Shown piece by piece: positions 29,701-38,517 of a stretch of DNA of 64,000 bases (positions within the stretch are counted from its first letter, which is position 1; each line of letters begins with the position of its first letter). Position numbers and translations under genes: made by a program. The notes under the pieces were generated by a model. It saw only the letters and a list, made by a program, of their open reading frames with translations, did not search any database and had not been told where the DNA came from. This DNA is from Phoronis australis (Eukaryota > Animalia > Phoronida), in the NCBI GenBank assembly GCA_002633005.1, contig NMRA01000448.1, forward strand, positions 308,286-372,285, written 5' to 3'.

Positions 29701-32700
29701 CTTCTTAAATTTGTGGATATGGTGTCCAGAGTCTCTAAACCATCTTTTGGAAAAAGAATTTCTGTTGCACTTTTTAACATTTTACATAAATCATTAATTG
29801 GTCAATAATTAGTAGGCGTCTTAATATTAAATAACCCCAGGCATTTTCCCGTCTTAAGTTTCATCCTTTTAATTTGAGTGGTAAATGAAATAAACTTGAA
29901 ACGAATGTTACACTCGAAATTTTAATTAACTACACAGTCTTTCGGTTAGCATCGTTTGTGCTGGAGGTCCTTCGTGTGCTGCTCCAGATAGCCTTAAAAC
30001 GAAAACTAACAACTCCAAAAACAACTTGGATGTAAATTTTAGAGCAATGACAAAAAAGTCGGAAAAATGAATATTAAGAATTTCAGAAAAAAGTAGGAAA
30101 AAGCCAAAAAAGTAGGAAACAGAATTAATGATCCTTCAAGCGGTTTAGTGGATGGAGAGGGTGATGTCAAAAATTTTCAAAACGGCGCAGAATACGTCAA
30201 ATCCATCCGAAAATGAGAAGGTGCCGTCGTCTCCTTAACAGAAACTTACTTGCAAAATTTCATGATTATGACAACAGTGACTATATGTGGACTCTATCCA
30301 ACAAGAGCAACGCAGAGCATTGAAATGTGCCAACAGCACTGCAGTGTGCTTCAGTGGGTGCATTCAGAACCTCCAGTACAACCGAAAACCGGAAGGTAGT
30401 GTCATCTCACTAACAGTTACCTATTTGCCAGATACGGCGGTGGTAAACGAAAAAAAAAATTGTCAGACGGACAGGGATGATGGCATAATGCGCCCACATA
30501 ATATATAAACTCAACGACTGTAATATATTATTTACACAAAATTTAAATGAAGTTTTGTAAAATGGGGCAAATCAGTAATTTTTTCCTACCAGAGAGACTC
30601 TGCTGAAGAGCTGCATTCTGAGCTTTCATGCGTCGCACTTCCGAGTCAGCGCCATCTTCATGCGTTTCTGTTCGGTCTTTTAGGCGATCTTCCAAGTCTT
30701 TTTGAAGCCTTTCGTTAGATTCAACGAGCTAATGTGACAAGTGCGAAAAAATTAAGCACATGATTAAAATACCAATTAAGCGAATAACAAAAGCGTAATT
30801 AGGTCAATTAGACCTTTCAAGTACGTGTGAATGAATTTTCCCATTAAAGAAAAAAATGAACTCTTAGACTATTTCTTGGATGATTTTATCACGCGCTATT
30901 AGGAAATGTAATTGAGAAATGTGAAATCCCATAAAACATCACGTTTGACGTCAAAACATCAGCCAAAAGAATGTTTGTCTTAAATTAGGCTTTAACTAAT
31001 GTTGTATTTAACAAAGCTCTGCTCCCAACCTGCCAACAAAATTTCATGAAACAAAGCGCAGAAGTTAACAAAGAAATTCTTGTGACTTAATGTCAGCTTG
31101 ATAAAGCAAATTTCATAAAACAAAGCGCAGAAGTTAACAAAAAAAATTCTTGTGACTTAACGCCAATTTGATAAAGCTTGGCCATACCACAGACAGCTCC
31201 TGCATAAGTGTAGAGTTCTGCAGCTGAAACTCTTCCTCCTGGCTGGACAACTTTCTCTGCAAACTATCATTATCTAGGAGCAGCAGTTCCACCTCCTGAA
31301 GAAAAGCAGGAAGATGCATCAAGAAGGGAAACAGCAGTCACTTGACATACACTGTACAGAGATGCTGAACTTTTGACCTACTTGGGATGGTGTTGGATTC
31401 TGGGTAACAATTGTTTCCAGCACACCTTATTCCAGCAATTCTGTTAGCTTAAAAAGGTGGCTTGACAATTGCTGTTGTTTATTTTTGTGCTACGGTACTA
31501 AGATTGTTCAACATATGAAGACGACAGACTATTGGCAGTGCTACGGTACTAAGGTTGTTCAACACATGAAGACGACAGACTATTGGCAGTGCTACGGTAC
31601 TTAGATTGTTCAACATATGAAGACGACAGACTATTGGCAGTGCTACGGTACTTAGATTGTTCAACACATGAAGGCGACAGACTATTGGCAGTGCTACGGT
31701 ACTTAGATTGTTCAACATATGAAGACGACAGACTATTGGCAGTGCTACGGTACTTAGATTGTTCAACATATGAAGACGACAGACTATTGGCAGACACCCA
31801 TCAAAATGATGATGCAGGACACACAATTCAATAACAAGCTAATGGCCGTTATTACTGACAATAGTGTCCATGTAATTAACGCTGTGTTAGCAGATACGAG
31901 ATGATATTGTTCAACTTGTAATAAGTGCCTACATACTTTCGCCTTTTTGCTTTTGGAGACAGCCTTATTTGCTCTGTCTAAATCTCTGCTGATTGAATCC
32001 AATTGTTTTTGTAGACTCTGCAGTTCTGAAACAGAATGAAATGCATTTAGTTATGTTTAAGCGCTTCCAAACACTCTTTCACTCAAAAACAACCCTTTTA
32101 AAAATGCAATATTCAATTGTGAAACTCACTCTCAAGACAATTGCTACTTTTTAATCTCCGAGTGTTATAAACAAACCACTTTAATGGTAAAACCTTACCA
32201 ATTTTTGGACAAAACTATTTACCAAACAGGTGGTGTTTTTGCATTAAAATTGATGAGAATGTCCACAAGTTTTCAAAAGATTTGTATTGGTAGCTTCAGA
32301 AGCTGAACAATACAAAACACTTTAGTGCTATGTAAAACAAAGAAATTTCACGTCTAGTTCATCATGTTTTGTGTCCTACATTGATGACATGTTATCATCG
32401 AAATAAAATATCATAAAGCTTTAAAAACGATGACAAAAGGATTACTAATCAAATACACGAGTCTTCGGAGGCAAATAAAACAACGACAATTAACTGCTAA
32501 TCAAATGTTATTTTACATCAAGCTCATTATGGCAGCTGCTCCAATATTAACCATTCTTTCACAAAGTCCTCAGACTCATAGTAATCATTCCACAATTTTG
32601 ACTCCTCTTATGTTCTCGGCAAGATTACAAAATTTACTTACAGAATTTATCACAAGGAATTCTAATTGAACTACTTTGAAATGTAGTCCTCTATCCTATC

Positions 32701-34409
32701 TTCTGATATTAAAAATTGTAAGCAAGCCGATATCTCAGTTTACAATGAAATTCTTCAAAAACCTACAAATGTGAATAAATGATTTCTAAACAGTGATGTG
32801 GTAAAAATTATCCAAAACTAGTGAAATTAGTGCGAGAGGCAAAATTTTCATCTAAAGTCTCATTTTTCATATTAACAGAAACTGCTTACCAACATCTTGT
32901 CGTTTGGATTTATCATTAATCTGGTAGTTCTCTGTCCTCAGCTCAATCAGTTGAAGCTGAAATCAGCAAGTACATGTTAATAAACCATAGCTAGGAAACA
33001 AAACTGAATGTGAATTTTTTAAGCACATTTATCGTGTAATCTAGCAGCATTAACTACACATAATGTCGAGACAGAAAATCATACATTCGGTATTCTGACC
33101 TGATGATTACACAAGATGAGTATGCTTGGGAGATTACTAGCGTACCCTCTGAAGTCTTTGGTCCATGAGGATAGATTGTTGAAAGGGAGACTTTCAAATA
33201 GCAAAATGGAGACTGGTCACGTGGTACTGGATACCAGTGCCCTCTAGAGGACAAGGAAGCACTTTGTTTAAAACACACCACATCTGTTCACATACATTGC
33301 ATAAGAGTTTTTTCACGTAGTGCTGCTAGGACTAAGTAACTACTGGTACAGCTGGGTGAAGCAGGACCCCGTAAATGGTATTGTAGTAATAGCCGAGATT
33401 ACCCAACCCAGGGATTGAACCAGCGAACCCCATAAAACCGGCAAGCGTAATTGCCTATTAGCTGAATGGCATTCAGCTAATAGGCAATTGCCCATTAGCG
33501 AGTAGCTAACAGAGGCTCATATGATTCACTGGAAGCACATCTATAACGTTCCCCCCTTCCCTACGGAACAGGCACGCCACCAGGAAGGTGAACACCAGGA
33601 TGTCTCGCATACAGGTCATCAACGTCCCTTGGTTCCTTTACCACCACAACACAGGTGAACACAAGGTAGTCTCTCATACAGGTCCTTGACTCCTGGAACC
33701 TTCCATGCGCGCCGTCCCGAGGTCCGTGGGTACTTAGAAGTTGGCAGTGCTTCATCGGTAGATCATCCGTTTGCTGACTACGCCATTTGTAGTAATAACC
33801 GAGATTACCCGACCCGCGGATCGAACCAGTGACCCCATAAAACCGGCAAGCATGCTAACCATTCAGCTAATAGGCAATTGCCCGTTAGCGAGTAGCTAAC
33901 AGAGGCTCAAATGATTCACCGGAACTACAACAGCTGGGAGAAAGAACAATTCCTCATGATTTGTTGAACCTCTGTTTTGTGTAAATTTATCGAGTTTTGT
34001 GTTTGCTATGGATGGCTGAAGTAAAGCACCCGTGGAATTTCTAGTCCGGAGTGTCATACCTAGTAGTATTATATAGTGTATTGGGGACCATCACAAGAGC
34101 TGAGGACGCCTGTACTAGTAGGCTCACACGCACCTTATATCAGCCCTCAACTATAAATGAGGGCTGATCAAAGGTGCCTGTGGAGTGTGATAGCAGATAG
34201 GCTAATGCAACACTGCAACAACACCATAGCAAGCTAATACTTAATTTTGATTTAGATTTTATACATTGGGAACAGACGGAAATTTTGCAATCAATTGATA
34301 TTCTTAAGAACGAGCTTTTCGCAATATTAATTATGAAACATTTCAAGGATGTTTATGCAAAATATACCTGCATTCGATGAAACTCTTCGTCTGACAAGGA
34401 AGACGCCAT
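5680..34409 (-). CDS. GRIPAP1: GRIP1-associated protein 1 (GRASP-1) orthologue, long coiled-coil endosomal protein; 23 coding exons, 2466 nt, ~821 aa
   Basis: Exons (minus): 34409-34368, 32956-32890, 32025-31937, 31295-31188, 30728-30590, 25333-25225, 25005-24950, 23351-23259, 21905-21707, 20919-20820, 20146-20069, 19669-19535, 16332-16237, 15738-15559, 13389-13276, 12609-12499, 11528-11397, 10932-10830, 8866-8748, 8066-7953, 7396-7303, 6292-6129, 5703-5680. All phases join into one ORF. The N-terminus MASSLSDEEFHRMQLQLIELRTENYQ...[42 protein letters not shown] and the C-terminal [27 protein letters not shown] match the recalled human GRIPAP1 (MAQALSEEEFQRMQ...; [23 protein letters not shown]). 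Confidence 0.93.
6129..6292 (-). CDS. GRIPAP1: GRIPAP1 exon 22 (...[29 protein letters not shown])
   Basis: Conserved C-terminal coiled coil; AG/GT flanks. Confidence 0.92.
7003..7363. repeat. Degenerate ~63-bp tandem repeat derived from the 3' end and donor of GRIPAP1 exon 21
   Basis: About 5 copies of (minus) TTA..CA.A.CAG.T.TC.TAG.G...TGGAGGGGAGGCCTGGTAGGT. Confidence 0.8.
7303..7396 (-). CDS. GRIPAP1: GRIPAP1 exon 21 (LSHLETSNAAMAEDLLQKQAIIEHYALEGRP)
   Basis: Conserved HLE.S.A.MAEDL..K.AIIE.Y; |GTAGGT donor. Confidence 0.92.
7953..8066 (-). CDS. GRIPAP1: GRIPAP1 exon 20 (...ENNELLTRLADLQQDKWVMEEK)
   Basis: Conserved RLA..QQ.KW..EEK; AAG|GTAACA donor. Confidence 0.92.
8748..8866 (-). 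CDS. GRIPAP1: GRIPAP1 exon 19 (IEELFNSRDSDDRYKGDNSSVSS...)
   Basis: GCAG| acceptor, GAG|GTGAGC donor; conserved GDxSSxSS. Confidence 0.83.
8955..9210. repeat. Repeat copy whose inverted partner lies at ~15160-15410
   Basis: AATTAGAAACACAACATAC...GAATATGAAGTAGGTTGAAAATTG is matched in reverse complement at 15270-15410. Confidence 0.75.
9453..9558. repeat. Hairpin with ~40-bp arms
   Basis: GTGCCCACATTTTGAGAACCAGTTT / AAACTGGTTCTCAAAATGCGGGCAC. Confidence 0.7.
9827..10270. mobile_element. TTAA-flanked MITE (Kolobok-like termini); similar element at 13481-13840
   Basis: TTAA-AAGGGTAAC...GTTACCCCT-TTAA. Confidence 0.5.
10830..10932 (-). CDS. GRIPAP1: GRIPAP1 exon 18 (LKDLKRQLQTEKKKGERLQERLKELIT...)
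   Basis: Conserved LKDLKRQL..E.K...LQERL; |GTAAGT donor. Confidence 0.92.
11397..11528 (-). CDS. GRIPAP1: GRIPAP1 exon 17 (RLEAEISE...DSVDGKKLHEKKGASI)
   Basis: Conserved VDG..EKKG; |GTGAGT donor. Confidence 0.9.
12499..12609 (-). CDS. GRIPAP1: GRIPAP1 exon 16 (ESMSEMKTKHKDEMEAIKKQYEEE...)
   Basis: TTTCAG| acceptor, CAG|GTAAGA donor. Confidence 0.88.
13276..13389 (-). CDS. GRIPAP1: GRIPAP1 exon 15 (TKIKELD...RDWLDRRLKETE), ends at a GC donor
   Basis: Conserved WxxRRLKExE; the phase-0 donor GAG|GCAAGA keeps frame, whereas the nearby AG|GTTAAA gives a stop. Confidence 0.85.
13980..14580. repeat. Large foldback element with ~185-bp arms
   Basis: 14011-14196 is the reverse complement of 14371-14557; inner hairpin around 14300-14331. 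Confidence 0.85.
14795..14965. repeat. ~24-bp degenerate minisatellite
   Basis: Repeats of ACCA.ACTCATGTATAACGCATGT. Confidence 0.8.
15559..15738 (-). CDS. GRIPAP1: GRIPAP1 exon 14 (VAEKRKRMLDELAIRYQE...)
   Basis: Conserved AEKRKxMLDELA; AG/GT flanks. Confidence 0.92.
16237..16332 (-). CDS. GRIPAP1: GRIPAP1 exon 13 (ESQKAVSTTLQQLCDAQKERDSQIQAAQEASR)
   Basis: TTTAG| acceptor, |GTGAGT donor. Confidence 0.85.
16842..19088 (+). mobile_element. Helentron-associated non-autonomous element (HINE/DINE-1/Pearl-like) with internal satellite array; interrupted by insertions at ~17300-18265
   Basis: 5' ACAAGAG plus hairpin CAACGC-AGA-GCGTTG; subterminal ATGCACCCAC (16866-16875) inverted at GTGGGTGCAT (19074-19083); (GGAC)n microsatellite at ~19030; ~150-bp core repeats. 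Confidence 0.7.
19535..19669 (-). CDS. GRIPAP1: GRIPAP1 exon 12 (LTSASAESSAELLEENDRLK...)
   Basis: CAG| acceptor, |GTGAGT donor. Confidence 0.85.
20069..20146 (-). CDS. GRIPAP1: GRIPAP1 exon 11 (LLDEQRDKTNRRIQELEGTVSSLQTQ)
   Basis: CCAG| acceptor, CAG|GTAATT donor. Confidence 0.85.
20820..20919 (-). CDS. GRIPAP1: GRIPAP1 exon 10 (KKIEELEDTIKRH...)
   Basis: CAG| acceptor, |GTAAGT donor, phase 2->0. Confidence 0.88.
21083..21522. mobile_element. hAT-like MITE
   Basis: TIR CAGGGCTTGGAA / TTCCAAGCCTTG; TTTAGT on both flanks; internal GCGGAA repeats. Confidence 0.6.
21707..21905 (-). CDS. GRIPAP1: GRIPAP1 exon 9 (LRLNLNTEKEENKILKEQL...KKKHESIVQLQSEKEELY)
   Basis: AG/GT flanks; matches recalled human EKEEKRLLWEQL...KKKQESFCRLQTEKE. 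Confidence 0.9.
22190..22548 (+). mobile_element. LINE 3' UTR remnant
   Basis: AT-rich tract, hairpin AACCCAGA...TCTGGGTT, poly(A) tail at ~22537-22547. Confidence 0.45.
23259..23351 (-). CDS. GRIPAP1: GRIPAP1 exon 8 (EMPSLNASMMELVNRAESKTQELEEQLTELT)
   Basis: AG/GT flanks, phase 1->1, heptad-like composition. Confidence 0.78.
24300..24660 (+). mobile_element. Probable LINE 3' end
   Basis: Hairpin GGCTC..GAGCC, AATAAA and (TAC)n tail. Confidence 0.35.
24950..25005 (-). CDS. GRIPAP1: GRIPAP1 exon 7 (DEEYNVQVVEGSDEVTSK)
   Basis: TTTTTCAG| acceptor, AAG|GTATAG donor; phase 2->1 is required to bridge exons 6 and 8. Confidence 0.72.
25225..25333 (-). CDS. GRIPAP1: GRIPAP1 exon 6 (ALQESHRKEMCELKQ...)
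   Basis: CAG| acceptor, |GTACGT donor, phase 1->2. Confidence 0.82.
28527..28778. repeat. 63-bp minisatellite x4 inside the Academ-like pseudo-ORF
   Basis: Unit CACATAGCTTGGCCTATCGCAGTAGCAATCTTGGTAACATTCAACTAACGCAGATCGCCTTGT. Confidence 0.95.
29360..29404 (+). ncRNA. Minimal type I hammerhead ribozyme (Penelope-like element fragment)
   Basis: CTT-CTGATGA-T-GGTGTT(TGAATAAAT)AACACC-GAAAC-AT-GTC-AAG: intact core, 6-bp stem II, GUC cleavage triplet, CTT/AAG stem I. Confidence 0.75.
30590..30728 (-). CDS. GRIPAP1: GRIPAP1 exon 5 (LVESNERLQ...EVRRMKAQNAALQQSLS)
   Basis: TAG| acceptor, |GTAGGA donor, phase 0->1. Confidence 0.88.
31188..31295 (-). CDS. GRIPAP1: GRIPAP1 exon 4 ([36 protein letters not shown])
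   Basis: AG/GT flanks, conserved SQEEEFxLQNSTLM. Confidence 0.93.
31487..31792. repeat. 51-bp minisatellite x6
   Basis: Unit GTGCTACGGTACTTAGATTGTTCAACATATGAAGACGACAGACTATTGGCA. Confidence 0.95.
31937..32025 (-). CDS. GRIPAP1: GRIPAP1 exon 3 (ELQSLQKQLDSISRDLDRANKAVSKSKKAK)
   Basis: AG/GT flanks, conserved SKSKKA. Confidence 0.92.
32890..32956 (-). CDS. GRIPAP1: GRIPAP1 exon 2 (LQLIELRTENYQINDKSKRQDV)
   Basis: TTCAG| acceptor, |GTAAGC donor, phase 0->1. Confidence 0.92.
33382..33932 (-). mobile_element. Miniature non-autonomous LTR retroelement (TRIM-like) with tRNA-like LTRs
   Basis: Direct repeats 33382-33548 and 33788-33932 (TGT...ACA). On the minus strand: PBS TGGCGTAGTCAGCA (tRNA-Ser 3' complement) follows the 5' LTR, PPT AGGGAAGGGGGGAA abuts the 3' LTR, and the 5' LTR contains TAGCTGAATGG (A box) and GGTTCGATCC (B box). 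Confidence 0.82.
34368..34409 (-). CDS. GRIPAP1: GRIPAP1 exon 1 (MASSLSDEEFHRMQ)
   Basis: ATG at 34409; donor CAG|GTATAT. Confidence 0.92.
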
Positions 34410-34530
34410 ATTGGAAAATGACGTCAATATATGCTGCAAAATGTAATTGGGTCAAAAGGCCAACGTGCAACAGCAATCGAACACATCATCCCCATCATAT
34501 AGCCTACGGGAGTAATATAAGGTAATTGAC
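34410..34530. promoter_or_regulatory. GRIPAP1 5' region with a perfect CRE palindrome; candidate bidirectional promoter with ALG12
   Basis: TGACGTCA at 34419-34426, 10 nt from the GRIPAP1 ATG; near-CRE TGACGTTA at ~34527; plus-strand donor-like AAG|GTAATT at 34521/34522. Confidence 0.4.
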
Positions 34531-36101
34531 GTTACTTATTATGTACAAATATTATAAATGTTTTAAAAATTCAAAAAGAGAGTCACCGAGTCACGCAAGC
34601 TGCACAGAAAATCGATTTAGCTTCATCGTCATCACAAGTGAGGTGCAGTAAATAAATGATAGTAAATCCCAAAGACAGGTCAAATTACGTCTCACTACAG
34701 AGGTGATTCCTTGACTCTGATTTGGATAACCAGACAACAGGTTGTTCAACACTGACTTACTGAGACAGTGTCTTTAGCTGGCACAGTAGAAAAAGCTTTT
34801 CGGTGAATTATGCCTCACACTGACTAAATCATCAAAGTCACGTTGTTGTAAATATTGCGCATGGGATGTACATGCACCTTGCAGGGCTCAACAAAATGAA
34901 GCTACAGAGTACAGGTCGAATTTGCGGTCTGAAATTAGGAAATGCAAGCTGAGATTTTTGCCAGCTCGTATCAGGTCGCTAAGTGCGACCTGGAATTATT
35001 ATACTTATCAAACCTTGTGTACGTTGAAACCGATTTATTTTTCATGTAAGATGTACTTAAATTATTGTCCAATATCCATGTGCAGCAATCGCACTGCGGC
35101 ACTGGCCAGTAGTCGGTCCCAATTGTTAACGCACTATATTGGCAGACGACTTGGAAATGTGCATCTCATTTTTTATCGCACAAGACAGCAAACGTGAAAG
35201 TGATTCTATAACCTGAGCCTGAAAATCATTACTTCCATCATGATGACCTTGCCGCCATTGAAGATGAGAAAATTTTATGAAAACCCTCGATTTAAGAAAG
35301 AGTCATTTAACCATGAAGGAGTTTTAAACACAAAATTCTTTTTGGTCTTATAATCTTCATACATGTTTCATTATGTGAGAAAAAATTCAATATCATTGTA
35401 AACTGCAGACATTGGTTTTTCGGGTGCCAAATATGGCTGAAGAAATGCATTACTTAACTGAAACTGCTTTTTAGTGCCACATAGCTTCAACATTGATCAC
35501 CAAAATAAGTTTTTCATTACTTTTTACAGTTAACAGTAACAAGGAATATACTTATTGATAGTTAAAGTGCTTTAATTTGTTTTATTTAATATGCTGGAGC
35601 CAATCAAAAGTCGAATTCAGGATTCGTGATTGGAGTTTTTTGGCATTTGGGACCCCCTCAGTTCAGGAAAGACAATAGCCAAGTGAACTCTGATCATTGA
35701 TTCTGATAGCCTGGTATCCAGTTAATTTACACAAGCATTTTCAGAACAATCCAATGCTTAATTTTGTAGTGACGGGCTTCCAAAATCTGAAAAAATCTCA
35801 GAACTTTCAATTCGCGAGGTCAAAAATGGGCATGGCACCCAATATTTTGAAGGGCCATATCCCGGAGACCCTTTGACTTAGGTGAATAAAATTTTGCAGG
35901 TAATCATTGTGTTCTATGATTAACATCTCAGTAAATTTTCATCCAATTTTGAGATGGTGACCTGACACTCTAGTGGGTGATTTCCTGTGGAATGACCCTC
36001 AGCAAAGTTATTTTTGAGAGGCCAAAAAATTCTCAACTCTTTACTTCTGAGGCAACTTTTGCGTGACATATGAGTCGTCTGTTACATGTTGCTACCAACG
36101 T

Positions 36102-36249
36102 CAGTGGCAAATTTAGAGGGTGGCCAAGGGGGCCATGGCCCTTCCTTAAATTTTCCCATTTAGCAGTTTGGGGTGCGAATGTCTGACGGGCAAAATACTG
36201 GCTATATACTCTGCTCTCCCCCCAACTCTAAATACTGGATCCGCCCCTG
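36102..36249. mobile_element. CAGTGGC...GCC(A/C)CTG MITE; related copies at ~17303-17466 and ~62990-63312
   Basis: Shared termini and the GGCCAAGGGGGCCATGGCCC motif. Confidence 0.55.
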
Positions 36250-37065
36250 AACGTAAAGTTTATAGGCCTACTCCAGCGGTTCAAGTGTGTGAAAACATGC
36301 CAAACCAAAGCTACACATCAAAAGAGAACAGCAACAGTCTTAAATGCAAGAGTGCAGTGGCTTGGCTCTGTTAAGCACCAGGTGCCAATGGTTTATTTGA
36401 CAATGAACTTAATTTAGATTCCCGGCGGTTGTAAAAGACTTGATGCTTTACAATATTTTCTGGTAACGATGTACAGTCACTAGCCTAGAACTGATATTTT
36501 CCTGTTCCGATATTTCCCCAGGTCGATGTTTCCTAGGCCGATGTTCTATACCCGTAACCAGCTATTGCAATTAAATGGGTAGATGCAAAATTGTGGTTAG
36601 AGAACTTTTTATTCTCTTTTCATACACCTACCCCGCTAATTTTTCGCTCCCTGGACAATTAAAAATAAAATTATTCCAAGTGGCTAAAAAGGGTACAGTG
36701 TAGGTGGCAACGGTAGCCGGAAAGTCACCACTGTTACATGGAGTTTGCCTCGCAAAATCATATTATAATAACATTTCTTACTGTTGCAGTCTTTCAATAT
36801 CTTATTACCGCAAACATTCACGTTAACGACTATGCTCACGCATGCGCCTACTACCTACCTGAAGTGTTTCATAATAAGCGCTCACTGCTCTTTACTTTAG
36901 AAGCGTTCTGCCTCAACTTTTGAAAATTTTACCAATTAAGCGTCCTTTGTAGCGTACTGCAAAGGACCGCGCGTGGTTTGAAATTGATGCACAGCCTATA
37001 TATATAGTGAGTCACGCTCATTTTACACAACAACAAATTCAGTCTTCAAGAAAAGTATTTTTTCA

Positions 37066-37460
37066 ATTTCAGGGATATACCCAGGTTTCAATACCCTGCT
37101 CGCCAGCTGGGCGAGTGAGCCAGAAAATTTACTCGCCCAGCCTGAAGTTCAGTTGCCCAGCTGTTTGCGTCTGTCACCACAAAACTTGCTGCCAGTGTCG
37201 ATAAAAATCATCGTTTCATGTGTTGATGTCCCCATCTATTAGGTCTACCATATTCGCCGTAGAAAAATTTGTTTCAGAAGGGGGGCGCTTGTTGTAGCCT
37301 AAGGCAGTGGAAACCCGGTGTCCGAAATGGATGAAATCGGAAGCTAGGATTTGTCAAATTTACGCGCAGTGACGTATCTGTAACCTATGACAGACATTCT
37401 ACAAAACTGTGGTGCGTTGCTATCAAACTTTGTTGTTAAATTACGATATTTTTTTTAAAA
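37066..37460 (+). repeat. Dispersed repeat shared with 53205-53615
   Basis: Near-identical CAGGGATATACCC...CTCGCC.GCTGGGCGAGT...CACCACAAA.CTTGCTGCCA block. Confidence 0.75.
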
Positions 37461-37893
37461 TGCTCCAAGGTGCAATATGGCAGTAAGGTCGTCACAAAAA
37501 CGGCCACTAAAATTAGCTTGGAAAAGTGGTCTGGAGATTATCTCCCTTCTCTAGCACAAAGCTGTCAAATCTGAGTGAATGCCAAATAGTTATTTACAGT
37601 ATACATTGGTTATTCCAGCCACCAAAGTACAACTTTCAATCTATTTTGTAACTTACCCATTTTCGTTGCTGAAAACAATACCATTTTGGAGATAGCTAAT
37701 ATACCCAATTGTGGTCTGGTGCTTCAGTGGAGAAATTAGGTTTTACTGAGTGCACAAAATGTGTTATTTAGATTTTTGTTAGGAAACCTATCCACGTACA
37801 AAAATGAAGTTGTTTTGAATTTTGAGGTTTTGACAGATTTTTGAAAATCTACTGGATCAGATTTTTATAAAGACTGCCTCTTTATTCCTCCAA

Positions 37894-38109
37894 CTCGAAC
37901 AAATATTCCCGTTAATCACACTTTTTTTTCAAGCAGTCCTTCGTTTAGTTTCCAAAATCGGAAAGTGTCCATTTAACACTGCACGCGGCACGTGGTATGA
38001 CGTCATATCTACTGGTCAGCACAATGTAAAAATGGCCAGTTACCGATTTGGGGAACTGAACGAGGGACTGCTCAAAGAAAACCTTTGATAACTAAAGTCT
38101 TTGTTCGAG
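37894..38109. repeat. Imperfect palindromic element centred on ATGACGTCAT; partial second copy at 38244-38357
   Basis: CTCGAACAAA...TTTGTTCGAG termini with symmetric internal arms. Confidence 0.6.
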
Positions 38110-38380
38110 CTGTAATGAATTAAACACTGCAGACGGTGAAGCTCCTACAGGTGCGTCATATGCTGGAAGCTTTTCGGTGAATTATGCCAAACACTGATTG
38201 TAAAAACAAAGTCACGCATAGAGGTACACCTTAGAAGACTGTTGAACAAATACTCCCGTTATCAAAATGTTTCTTTTAGCAGTCTTTCGTTGAGTTCTCA
38301 AAATCACAAACTGGCCATTATTAACACTGCTCTTTACGGGTGGTATAACGTCATATTCCTTGAACTAGGTATTTTTTCAC

Positions 38381-38517
38381 TACATTGATGCCCAACATGG
38401 GGCCCAGTCTAAGTTTCGAACCCGGTACCTCTCGTTTCAATGTCAGGCATCCTGGCCAGTCGACCAAAGAGCATTGCCCGTAGCCGAGTGATTAAGAGAG
38501 GCCTTTATATTACTACA
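38381..38517. mobile_element. Probable solo LTR of a related tRNA-like family
   Basis: Shares GCATTGCCCG-TAGC.GAGT..AGAGGC...CTACA with the 33.4-33.9 kb LTRs; minus-strand B box GGGTTCGAAAC; flanks TTCAC/CTCAC resemble a 5-bp TSD. Confidence 0.5.

Larger units (their letters stand above)
27430..29870 (-). mobile_element. Decayed Academ-like DNA transposon (XPG/FEN-like nuclease remnant) with long inverted subterminal repeats
   Basis: Minus-strand pseudo-ORF LNCNFSEADTSV...LNVTKIATAIGQAMCAALLGLHVFTGFNYTCVFVRKGKNRP...LQDFVFVLFG plus an acidic tail; inverted repeats ~27540-27795 vs ~29575-29830. Confidence 0.62.
26060..30505 (+). mobile_element. HINE/Pearl-like copy (26060-27410 and 30120-30505) split by an Academ-like insertion
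   Basis: Strong similarity to the 2200-3200 copy; end motif GACGGACAGGGATGATGGCATAATGCGCCCAC at ~30466-30498. Confidence 0.6.

Noticed and set aside
31487-31792. Regular repeats resembling a CRISPR array or a repeat-protein ORF
   Set aside because: Head-to-tail 51-bp units with no unique spacers, in a eukaryotic intron; the frames are open only because the unit length is a multiple of 3.
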